Shown here one piece after another: positions 1 to 8,504 of a DNA stretch of 64,000 bases. A program made the translations under genes and the position numbers. Positions within the stretch are counted from its first letter, which is position 1. Every line of letters starts with the position of its first letter. The stretch lies in contig OZ242005.1 of assembly GCA_965204725.1 (NCBI GenBank), forward strand, positions 4,544,001-4,608,000. The letters run 5' to 3'. The DNA comes from Candidatus Latescibacterota bacterium. GTDB lineage: Bacteria > Latescibacterota > UBA2968 > UBA8231. The notes below the pieces were generated by a model that saw nothing but the letters and a program-made list of their open reading frames with translations, had not been told where the DNA came from and did no database searches.

Positions 1-183
1 GAGGGCTTCCACCTTGTCGGGAGTTCTTTTGACGTACATGTAGCCAGCGGCAGCCAACAGCATGAGCAAAAGAGCAAGCAGCGAAATTCGGGAGCGAATT
101 TTTCGGGGGTGGGTGGGTGGTAACTCATTGTTTTTCAATGACTTATGAAAACAATCTAAAATTATTGCTCCAAATAGGTCCAT
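1..183 (-). CDS. 5' end of a fifth FN3/PQQ-dehydrogenase paralog (runs off the window)
   Basis: ATG at 183 reads MDLFGAIILDCFHKSLKNNELPPTHPRKIRSRISLLALLLMLLAAAGYMYVKRTPDKVEAL, nearly identical to the N-terminus of 193..2040; open to position 1. Confidence 0.85.
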   Translation of the reverse strand, partial: MDLFGAIILDCFHKSLKNNELPPTHPRKIRSRISLLALLLMLLAAAGYMYVKRTPDKVEAL

Positions 184-247
184 GCGTACGTCCTAACGGA
201 TTATAGAAAAATCAAATCGTCGTAGGAAATGGACCCGTCCCCCATCG
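141..247. repeat. 107-bp direct repeat at paralog junctions (second copy 1998..2104)
   Basis: acttatgaaaacaatctaaa...gacccgtcccccatcg recurs 1857 bp later with one mismatch. Confidence 0.9.
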
Positions 248-2040
248 ACCAACAGCGCGATCCGGCGATCCGGCATTTGCGCGAGATCCCGGATCCGGTT
301 GCCCACCTTAATGCGCTCGACGTATTGCACGTCCGGGCTGTCGCGCCGGACTCGATAGAGCGCGTGGCCGCCAAGCGAGCCGATCAGCAGATCGTCTTTC
401 CACAGCGGGAACCAGCGCTCGTCATTGACGATGACGCTGGAGATGCCGATGGACGGAACCCACGCGAAAACGGGCTTGATGAAGCCATCGTGTAGCCCCA
501 CCGCTTCGGCTTGGGACACGTTGACCGTGCTTCTATACTCAACGCCATAGGAAACCTGCGGCCAACCGTAATTGCCGCCTGCGACCAGCAGGTTGAGTTC
601 ATCGCCGCCTTGCGGTCCGTGCTCGGTTTCCCACAAGTGGCCGGCCGCGTCCCGGGTCAGCCCCTGCGGATTGCGAAGGCCACGGGCCAGTACCTCTGTA
701 TGGCCGGTCTCGATTTCGACGCGGACGAGCTTGCCCAAGTGCGAGGCCGGATCTTGAGCATACTCACCTTGCCTGTGATCTCCAATTACGACCAACAAGT
801 GGTCGGATCCATCCGTCAACATCCGGCCGCCCGCTTGCTCGGATGCGGTACGCACACACGGATCCGCATCCAATATCGTTCTCCATTCCGGCGAGACTGA
901 AACGTCCGCGCCTTGTTGCAAAAGCGTCGTCGAGGACAACCGGAACCGCATACACGCCCCGGTGAAATAGTGATGCGTCACAAACAGTTCATACCGCCCG
1001 GCCGAACGCCGTTTCAACAAAATGTCGGCCACTCGAAATTCGTCCAAGAGGAAATTTTCTTGGTCCGGGTGCGCGAGGAGTTCGGCCTTATTCATCGGCA
1101 CGTTCCCTTCGAGATACGCCACCTCCCCAGTTGAGCGCACCAGCGCGAGCCGTCCGTGCGGCGTTGCCACGAGCAAGTCGTTGCCCAACGGTGCGATGGC
1201 CCCACCCCGGGCGCGATCCCAGCGGAGCCAGACCCACGACAATTGCAGATCATACAAGTGCGTCGTCAGCGTCCGGCCGGCACCGACGATGCCTAACACC
1301 GCTGTCGCGGAGTATGACACACCCTCTTTGTCGTAGTCAACCTGAACCGACAGGCGCTTCCCTTCCATTGAGGCCTCCATGAAATACTTGTAAGACGGTA
1401 GAGCGTGATACCTCGGCAATACCTTGCGATCAGACCCGTCCGCGCTGGAAATAAACCAGTGCCACGGCAACCTGTTTTCAAGTGGATACTGGCCGACCAA
1501 GCGAACGGCTATGGGTTGTCCCACCACCGGGGACGAGGAGCTGCCAATCGCATTGGCTGGAGCCGCTTGCAGCACGGGGGCTGTTATCGAAACCGGGGCC
1601 GACCACTCGGATTGCCCACGGGCGTTGACCGCGGCCACCCGAACCTCGTACTGCATCCCGCTCATCGCCCACCTCTTGATGGTATAGGGCGAGGAGGGCG
1701 ACGTGTACTCGCGCCACTCGAAGGGGACGAGTCCGTTTTTTGGTCTGACAACGATCTTGTAACTCTCCGCGCCGGGAATTGCGTCCCAAGCGACGGTAAG
1801 GCGTCGGTTGGCAGCACCAACGGCGACTTCGGTGGGCGTACCGAGCACAGGTGATTCAATGCGACGCGCTTCCACCTTGTCGGGGGTTCTTTTGACGTAC
1901 ATGCAGCCAGCGGCAGCCAACAGCATGAGCAAAAGAGCAAGCAGCGAAATTCGGGAGCGAATTTTTCGGGGAGGGAGTAATCCATTTCTTTTCAACAACT
2001 TATGAAAACAATCTAAAATTATTGCTCCAAAGAGGTCCAT
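193..2040 (-). CDS. FN3 domain + PQQ-dependent sugar dehydrogenase (GSDH family), lipoprotein-like; copy 1
   Basis: LAAAGC lipobox-like signal; FN3 motif (LTVAW...YEVRVAAVNARGQSEWS); GSDH motifs GLRNPQG, EHGPQGGDELN, NYGWP, NRIRD. Confidence 0.85.
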   Translation of the reverse strand: MDLFGAIILDCFHKLLKRNGLLPPRKIRSRISLLALLLMLLAAAGCMYVKRTPDKVEARRIESPVLGTPTEVAVGAANRRLTVAWDAIPGAESYKIVVRPKNGLVPFEWREYTSPSSPYTIKRWAMSGMQYEVRVAAVNARGQSEWSAPVSITAPVLQAAPANAIGSSSSPVVGQPIAVRLVGQYPLENRLPWHWFISSADGSDRKVLPRYHALPSYKYFMEASMEGKRLSVQVDYDKEGVSYSATAVLGIVGAGRTLTTHLYDLQLSWVWLRWDRARGGAIAPLGNDLLVATPHGRLALVRSTGEVAYLEGNVPMNKAELLAHPDQENFLLDEFRVADILLKRRSAGRYELFVTHHYFTGACMRFRLSSTTLLQQGADVSVSPEWRTILDADPCVRTASEQAGGRMLTDGSDHLLVVIGDHRQGEYAQDPASHLGKLVRVEIETGHTEVLARGLRNPQGLTRDAAGHLWETEHGPQGGDELNLLVAGGNYGWPQVSYGVEYRSTVNVSQAEAVGLHDGFIKPVFAWVPSIGISSVIVNDERWFPLWKDDLLIGSLGGHALYRVRRDSPDVQYVERIKVGNRIRDLAQMPDRRIALLVDGGRVHFLRRFDFSIIR

Positions 2041-2049
2041 GCGTACGTC

Positions 2050-3849
2050 CTAACGGATTATAGAAAAATCAAATCGTCGTAGGAAATGGACCCGTCCCCC
2101 ATCGGCCAACAGCGCGAGACGGCTATCCGGCATTTGCGCGAGATCCCGGATTCGGTTGCCCACCTCAATGCGCTCGACGTACTGCACGTCCGTGCCGTTG
2201 CGCCGAACTCGAAAGAGCGCGTGGCCGCTCCCCTGTGTACCGGAAAGCGAACCGATTAGCAGGTCGTCTCTCCACAGCGGGAACAGGTGCTCGTCATTGA
2301 CGATGACGCTGGAGATGCCGATGGACGGAACCCACGCGAAAACGGGCTTTGTGAAGCCATCGTGTAGCCCCACCTCTGCGGCGCGGGGCACGTTGACCTT
2401 GCTTCCATACTCAACGCCATACGTAACCCGAGGCCAACCGTAGTTGCCGCCCGCTACCAGCACGTTGAGTTCATCGCCGCCCTCTGGTCCGTGTTCGGTT
2501 TCCCACAAGTGGCCGGCCGCGTCCCGGGTTAGCCCTTGCGGATTGCGAAGGCCGCGGGCCAGTAACGCTGTGTGGCCGGTCTCGATTTCGACGCGGATGA
2601 GCTTACCCAAGTGCGAGGCCGGGTCTTGAGCGTACTTATTTTGACTGTGAGTTCCGATTACGACCAACAAGTGGTCGGGGCCATCCGTCAACATCCGGCC
2701 GCCCGCTTGGAGTGATGGGGAACGTACGCACGGCTGTGCATCAAATATCGTTCTCCATTCCGGCGACACCGAAACGTCCGCGCCTTGTTGCAAAAGCGTC
2801 GTCGCGGACAACCGGAACCGGAAGCACTCGCCGGTGAAATAGTAATGTGTTGCGAACAGTTCATACCGCCCGGCCGAATGCCGTTTCAGCAAAATGTCGG
2901 CCACTCGAAACCTTCTTTTGCCCAGATGCACGTTGAGTTCCGCTTGATTCATCGGCACGTTTCCCTCGAGATACGCCACCTCCCCGGTTGGACGCACCAG
3001 TGCGAGCCGCCCCCACGGCGTTGCCACGAGCAAGTCGTTGCCCAACGGCGCGATGGCACCACCACCACGTGCGCCATCCCAGCGAAGCCAAGCCCACGCC
3101 GATTCCAAATCGTACAAGTGCGTCGTCAGCACCCGGGCGGCCCCGACGACGCCCAACGCCGCGGTCGCAGAATACGACACCCCCTCTTTGTCATAGTCAA
3201 CCTGAACCGATAGGTGCTTCCCTTGCATGGCCGGCTCCATGAAATAGTGCTCAGACTCCCAGAAATAGTGCTCAGACTCCCAAAGTTGACGCCACGGTAA
3301 TACCTTGCGATCCAACCCGTCCGCGCTAAAAATAAACCAATGCCACCGCGACTGGTTCGCAAATGGACGCTGGCTGTGCAAGTCAACGGCTACGACTTCT
3401 CCCACCAACGGGGGCGAGAAGTCGCTGATCGCGTCGGCTGGGGCCGCTTGCAGCACGGGGGCTGTTATCGAGACCGGGGCGGACCACTCGGATTGCCCAC
3501 GGGCGTTGACCGCGGCTACTCGCACCTCATACTCCATCCCGCTCATCGCCCACATATTCGCGATGGAATAGGGCGAGGAGGGCGTCATGTATTCGTGCCA
3601 TGTGGGGACGAGTTCGTTTTTCAGTCTGACGGCGATCTTGTAACTCGTCGCGCCGGGCATTTCGCGCCAAGCGACGGTAAATCGTCTGTTGGAAGCACCA
3701 ACAGCGACTCCGGTGGGCGCACCGGGGGCTTCCACCTTGTCGGGGGGGCTATTGGCAGCGGATGCCAACAGCATGAGCAAGAGAGCAAACACCGAGACTC
3801 GGAAGCGAATTTTTCGTGTCGCCGCGACTATGGCCCCCCCTCCTTGCAA
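2050..3849 (-). CDS. FN3 + PQQ-dependent sugar dehydrogenase; copy 2
   Basis: Same motifs as copy 1; start codon uncertain; signal-like N-terminus without the lipobox Cys. Confidence 0.85.
   Translation of the reverse strand: MQGGGAIVAATRKIRFRVSVFALLLMLLASAANSPPDKVEAPGAPTGVAVGASNRRFTVAWREMPGATSYKIAVRLKNELVPTWHEYMTPSSPYSIANMWAMSGMEYEVRVAAVNARGQSEWSAPVSITAPVLQAAPADAISDFSPPLVGEVVAVDLHSQRPFANQSRWHWFIFSADGLDRKVLPWRQLWESEHYFWESEHYFMEPAMQGKHLSVQVDYDKEGVSYSATAALGVVGAARVLTTHLYDLESAWAWLRWDGARGGGAIAPLGNDLLVATPWGRLALVRPTGEVAYLEGNVPMNQAELNVHLGKRRFRVADILLKRHSAGRYELFATHYYFTGECFRFRLSATTLLQQGADVSVSPEWRTIFDAQPCVRSPSLQAGGRMLTDGPDHLLVVIGTHSQNKYAQDPASHLGKLIRVEIETGHTALLARGLRNPQGLTRDAAGHLWETEHGPEGGDELNVLVAGGNYGWPRVTYGVEYGSKVNVPRAAEVGLHDGFTKPVFAWVPSIGISSVIVNDEHLFPLWRDDLLIGSLSGTQGSGHALFRVRRNGTDVQYVERIEVGNRIRDLAQMPDSRLALLADGGRVHFLRRFDFSIIR
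3241..3282. repeat. Perfect 21-bp in-frame tandem duplication
   Basis: gaaatagtgctcagactccca x2, encoding WESEHYF-WESEHYF. Confidence 0.95.
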
Positions 3850-5642
3850 TCAACCGCATAGACGCTTTCCCCTAACTCATCGTCGCAGTTGGCGTATCGG
3901 CTCAGGAAATGGACCCGTCCTCCATCAACCAACAGCGCGAGACGGCTATCCGGCATTTGCGTGAGATCCCGGATTCGGTTGCCCACCTCAATGCGCTCGA
4001 CGTATTGCACGTCCGTGCCGTCGCGTCGGACTCGAAAGAGCGCGTAGCCGATCCCCTGTGTACCTGAGAGCGAACCGATCAGCAGATCGTCTTTCCACAG
4101 CGGGAACCAGCGCTCGTCATTGACGATGATGCTGGAGATGCCGATGGACGGAACCCACGCGAAAACGGGCTTGATGAAGCCATCGTGTAGCCCCACCTCT
4201 GCGGCGCGGGGCACGTTGACCCGGCTTTCATACTCAACGCCGTACGTAACCTGCGGCCAACCGTAGTTGCCGCCTGCTACCAGCACGTTGAGTTCATCGC
4301 CGCCTTCTGGCCCGTGCTCTGTTTCCCACAAGTGGCCGGCCGCGTCCCGGATTAGCCCCTGCGGATTGCGAAGGCCCAAGGCCAGCGTCTCCGCCCGGCC
4401 GGTCTCGATTTCGACGCGGATGAGCTTGCCCAAGTGCGAGGCCGGGTCTTGAGCGTACTTATTTTGATTGTGAGTTCCAATTACGACCAACAAGTGGTCG
4501 GGGCCGTCCATCAACATCCGGCCGCCCGCTTGGATTAGATTGGCTGCGGCACTCAGGCACGGCTCCGCATTCAATATCGTTCGCCATTCCGGCGAGACTG
4601 AAACGTCCGCGCCTTGTTGCAAAAGCGTCGTCGCGGACAATCGGAACCGCATGCACTCGCCAGTTAAATAGTGATGCGTCACAAACAGTTCATACCGCCC
4701 AGCCGAATGCCGTTTCAGCAAAATGTCGGCCACTCGGAACCTTCTTCTGTCCGGGTGCGCGGGGAGTTCCGCTTGATTCATCGGCACGTTTCCCTCCAGA
4801 TACGCCACCTCCCCGGTTGGCCGCACCAGCGCGAACCGCCCATGCGGCGTGGCCACGAGCAAGTCGTCGCCCAACGGCGCGATGGCTCCACCCCAAGCGC
4901 GATCCCAGCGGAGCCAAGCCCACGACGATTGCAGATCGTACAAATGCGTCGTCAGCACCCGGGCGGCCCCGACGACGCCCAACGCCGCGGTCGCAGAATA
5001 CGACACCCCCTCTTTGTCATAGTCAACCTGAACCGACAGGTGCTTCCCTTGCATGGCCGGCTCCATGAAACAGTGCCGAGACTCCGAAGGCTGACGCCAC
5101 GGCAATACCTTGCGGTCCAACCCGTCCGCACTACAAATCAACCAATGCCACTTCGACCGGTTCGCAAATGGACGTTGGCTGTGCAAGTCAACGGCTACGA
5201 CTTCTCCCACTACCGGGGGCGAGAAGGTGCGAACCGCATCGGCCGGGGCCGCTTGCAACGCGGGGGCTGTCATCGAGACCGGGGCCGACCACTCGGATTG
5301 CCCACGGGCGTTGACCGCAGCTACCCGCACCTCATATTCCATCCCGCTCATCGCCCACATATTCGCGATGGTATAAGGCGAGGAGGGGGTCATGTATTCG
5401 CGCCATGCGGGGACGAGTTCGTTTTTCAGTCTGATGGCGATCTTGTAACTCGCCGCGCCGGGCATTTCGCGCCAAGCGACGGTAAATCGTCTGTTGGAAG
5501 CACTCATGGCGACGCCGGTGGGCGCACCGAGGGCTTCCACCTTGTCGGAGGGGCTGTTAGCAGCGGACGCCAACAGCATGAGCAAGAGAGCAAGCGTCGA
5601 AGTTCGGGAGCGAATTCTTCGGGGGAGTTGAATGCCTGTCAC
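3828..5642 (-). CDS. FN3 + PQQ-dependent sugar dehydrogenase; copy 3
   Basis: Same motifs; C-terminal tail YANCDDELGESVYAVDC. Confidence 0.85.
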   Translation of the reverse strand: MTGIQLPRRIRSRTSTLALLLMLLASAANSPSDKVEALGAPTGVAMSASNRRFTVAWREMPGAASYKIAIRLKNELVPAWREYMTPSSPYTIANMWAMSGMEYEVRVAAVNARGQSEWSAPVSMTAPALQAAPADAVRTFSPPVVGEVVAVDLHSQRPFANRSKWHWLICSADGLDRKVLPWRQPSESRHCFMEPAMQGKHLSVQVDYDKEGVSYSATAALGVVGAARVLTTHLYDLQSSWAWLRWDRAWGGAIAPLGDDLLVATPHGRFALVRPTGEVAYLEGNVPMNQAELPAHPDRRRFRVADILLKRHSAGRYELFVTHHYLTGECMRFRLSATTLLQQGADVSVSPEWRTILNAEPCLSAAANLIQAGGRMLMDGPDHLLVVIGTHNQNKYAQDPASHLGKLIRVEIETGRAETLALGLRNPQGLIRDAAGHLWETEHGPEGGDELNVLVAGGNYGWPQVTYGVEYESRVNVPRAAEVGLHDGFIKPVFAWVPSIGISSIIVNDERWFPLWKDDLLIGSLSGTQGIGYALFRVRRDGTDVQYVERIEVGNRIRDLTQMPDSRLALLVDGGRVHFLSRYANCDDELGESVYAVDCKEGGP

Positions 5643-5711
5643 CGTGGCGGTCCCGACCGTATCCGGTATCGTCGCGCTGGCATGGTCCTCGCAGTTGGTC
5701 GCATAGAGGCT

Positions 5712-7520
5712 TCAGTCCCACTTCGCCTCATCGGCGCAGTGGTCGTAGGATCGGCTCAGTAAATAGACCAACCCCCTATCGAGCAATAGTGCAAGACGTC
5801 GATCCGGCATTTGCGCGAGATCCCGGATCCGACAGCCCAGATACCACAATGGACAGCCTACTCCAATGCGCTCGACGTATTGCACGTCCGTGCCATCGCG
5901 ACGAACTCGAAAGAGCGCGTGGCCGCTCCCCTGTGTACCTGCAAGCGAACCGATCAGCAGGTCGTCTCTCCACAGCGGGAACCAGCGCTCGTCATTGACG
6001 ATGAGGCTGGAAATGCCGATGGACGGAACCCAAGCGAAAACGGGCTTTGTGAAGCCGTCGTGTAGCCCCACCTGTTCGGCTTGGGACACATTAACTCGGC
6101 TTCCATAACCGACGCCATAGGAGACCCGAGGCCAACCGTAATTGCCGCCTGCGACCAGCACGTTGAGTTCGTCGCCGCCTTGCGGTCCGTGATCGGTTCC
6201 CCACAAGTGGCCGGCCGCGTCCCGGGCGAGCCCCTGCGAATTGCGGAGGCCAGAGGCCAGCACCTCCGCCCGGCCGGTCGCGATTTCAACGCGGACGAGC
6301 TTGCCCAAGTGCGAGGCCGGGTCTTGAGCGGCCTCATTTACCAGATGCGGTCCCGGTACGACCAACAAGTGGTCGGGGCCGTCCGTCAACATCCGGCCCC
6401 CCGCTTGGACGGACGCGGTTTTCAGGCACGGCTCCGCATCATATATCGTTCTCCATTTCGGCGACACCGAAACGTCTGCGCCTCGGTGCCGAAGCGTCGT
6501 CGCGGACAACCGGAACCGCAGGCACTCGCTGGTGAAATGGTGATGCGCCACAAACAGTTCATACCGCCCGGCCGAACGCCGTTTCAACAAAATGTCGGTC
6601 ACTTGGAACCGGTTCAAGGATATTGTCTTTGTCGGGTGGGCGAGGAGTCCGGCCTTATTCATCGGCACATTCCCTTTGAGCGGCACCACCTCCCCGGTGG
6701 TCGGGCGTATCAGATTGAACCGCCCCCACGGCGTTACGACGAGCAAGTCGTTGCCCAACGGCGCGATGGCACCGCCGCGCACGTAGGTATTGGCCATGTG
6801 ATCCCATCGGTCTCGGAGCCAGATCCACACCGTTTGCAGATCATACAAGTGCGTCGTCAGCACCCCGGCGGCTTCGACGATGCCCAACTCCGCCGTCGCA
6901 GAGTACGACACCCCCTCTTTGTCGTAGTCAACCTGAACCGACAGGTGCTTCCCTTCCATGGAGGGATCCATGAAATACTCCCAAGTCGGTCGCGATTGAC
7001 GCCTCGGCAATACCTTGGGGTCAGACCCATCCGCGCAGGAAATAAACCAATGCCACGGCGACCTATTCTCAAATGGACGCTGGCTGTTCACGCCAACGGC
7101 TATGGGTTCTCCCATCAACGAGGACGAGGGGATGCGAATCGCATCGGCCGGAGCTGCTTGCAGCACGGGGGCTGTTATCGAGACCGGGGCTGACCACTCG
7201 GAGTGCCCACGGGCGTTGACCGCGACCACTCGCACCTCGTACTCCATCCCGCTCATCGCCCACATACTCTCGATGGTATCGGGCGCGGAGGTCGCCGTGT
7301 GTTCGCGCCATGCAGGGACAAGTTCGTTTTTCGGTCTGACGGCGATCGTGTAACTCGTCGCGTCGGGGACTTCGCCCCAAGCGACGGTAAGGCGTCTGTT
7401 GGCAGCAGTAACGGCGACTTCGGTGGGCGTATCGAGGGTTTCCACCATGTCGAGGGTGCTTTTGACGTACATGCAGCCAGCGGGTGCCAACAGCATGAGC
7501 AAGAGAGCAAGTGCCGGCAC
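5712..7520 (-). CDS. FN3 + PQQ-dependent sugar dehydrogenase; copy 4
   Basis: LAPAGC lipobox-like signal; GLRNSQG, DHGPQGGDELN, NYGWP, CRIRD. Confidence 0.85.
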   Translation of the reverse strand: MPALALLLMLLAPAGCMYVKSTLDMVETLDTPTEVAVTAANRRLTVAWGEVPDATSYTIAVRPKNELVPAWREHTATSAPDTIESMWAMSGMEYEVRVVAVNARGHSEWSAPVSITAPVLQAAPADAIRIPSSSLMGEPIAVGVNSQRPFENRSPWHWFISCADGSDPKVLPRRQSRPTWEYFMDPSMEGKHLSVQVDYDKEGVSYSATAELGIVEAAGVLTTHLYDLQTVWIWLRDRWDHMANTYVRGGAIAPLGNDLLVVTPWGRFNLIRPTTGEVVPLKGNVPMNKAGLLAHPTKTISLNRFQVTDILLKRRSAGRYELFVAHHHFTSECLRFRLSATTLRHRGADVSVSPKWRTIYDAEPCLKTASVQAGGRMLTDGPDHLLVVPGPHLVNEAAQDPASHLGKLVRVEIATGRAEVLASGLRNSQGLARDAAGHLWGTDHGPQGGDELNVLVAGGNYGWPRVSYGVGYGSRVNVSQAEQVGLHDGFTKPVFAWVPSIGISSLIVNDERWFPLWRDDLLIGSLAGTQGSGHALFRVRRDGTDVQYVERIGVGCPLWYLGCRIRDLAQMPDRRLALLLDRGLVYLLSRSYDHCADEAKWD

Positions 7521-7523
7521 CCG

Positions 7524-8504
7524 CTAGCGCCTCTCCTGCTGACGGCGGTCCACCCACGAATGCAGGGCCATCATTCCCAAGATGATCGCGCCGATGAAAA
7601 TGTTGTACGCCAGCCCGGGGACGCCGATGAGCACGATGCCGTTGCGCATCAGGCGCAGGATGAACACGCCGAGCACCGTGCCGACGATGGTGCCGCGCCC
7701 CCCCGTTAGGGCTGTCCCCCCAATCACCACCATGGCGATGACCTCTAGCTCGTACCCCGTGCCGCTGTTGGGATTGGCCGCGGCCGTGCGTATGGAACTG
7801 ATGATGCCGGCGAAACCCGCCATGACGGCCGAGAGAACAAACAGCTTGACCTTGGTGCGCTCTACGCGCACGCCGCGGGCGCGGGCGGCCTCGGCGTTGC
7901 CGCCTGCGGCTTGGAGCCAGTTCCCCATCTTGGTCTGCGTCAGCAAATAGCCGAGCAACAGCGCCGCCGCCACAAACCAAAACAGCGACATGTACACGCG
8001 CAGGCCAGCCACCTCAAAACTCCCGACCAGCACCTCGGCGAGGAAGAGATCGGCGGCGTCCCAAGTCCGCTGCGGAAACCCGCTCGTCACCACCAGCGCA
8101 CTGCCCCGCACCACCAGCAACATGCCGAGCGTCACCAGAAACGAGGGAATCCGCAAGCGCGTGACGAACAAACCGCTGCACAGGCCGAGGGCCGCAGCCG
8201 TGCCCAAGGCGAGGACAAAGCCGACCTCAATGGACGTAGCCTCGGTGTTGTACAGGGTCCACATGAGCACTGGGCAGAACCCGAACAGCGAGCCGACCGA
8301 AAGGTCGAATTCGCCAGCCGTCATCAGCAGGGTCATGGCCAGCGCGATCAGCCCCAACTCCACTGTGAAGGCCAGCATGTTGCCGATGTTGCGCGCCGAT
8401 AGAAACGCCGGATTGATCTGCCAGAAGACGAAAATCATGGCGACCAGCAGGACAAACGGGCCGAATTCGGGGCGCGACAGGATGCGCTGTACGGCTGCGT
8501 TCAT
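7524..8504 (-). CDS. Sugar ABC transporter permease (RbsC-like)
   Basis: Multi-TM protein; GEFDLSVGS, GGNAEAARARGV, YELEVIAMVVIGGTALTGGRG motifs. Confidence 0.92.
   Translation of the reverse strand: MNAAVQRILSRPEFGPFVLLVAMIFVFWQINPAFLSARNIGNMLAFTVELGLIALAMTLLMTAGEFDLSVGSLFGFCPVLMWTLYNTEATSIEVGFVLALGTAAALGLCSGLFVTRLRIPSFLVTLGMLLVVRGSALVVTSGFPQRTWDAADLFLAEVLVGSFEVAGLRVYMSLFWFVAAALLLGYLLTQTKMGNWLQAAGGNAEAARARGVRVERTKVKLFVLSAVMAGFAGIISSIRTAAANPNSGTGYELEVIAMVVIGGTALTGGRGTIVGTVLGVFILRLMRNGIVLIGVPGLAYNIFIGAIILGMMALHSWVDRRQQERR

Noticed and set aside
4671-7193. Long plus-strand ORFs (4671..5762, 6081..7193) and similar antisense ORFs elsewhere (e.g. 53598..54680, 61578..62597)
   Set aside because: Shadows of well-supported genes on the opposite strand in GC-rich DNA; no recognisable motifs.
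1-7520. Diversity-generating retroelement as the source of array variation
   Set aside because: No reverse transcriptase or template repeat in the window; differences include indels and are not obviously adenine-restricted.
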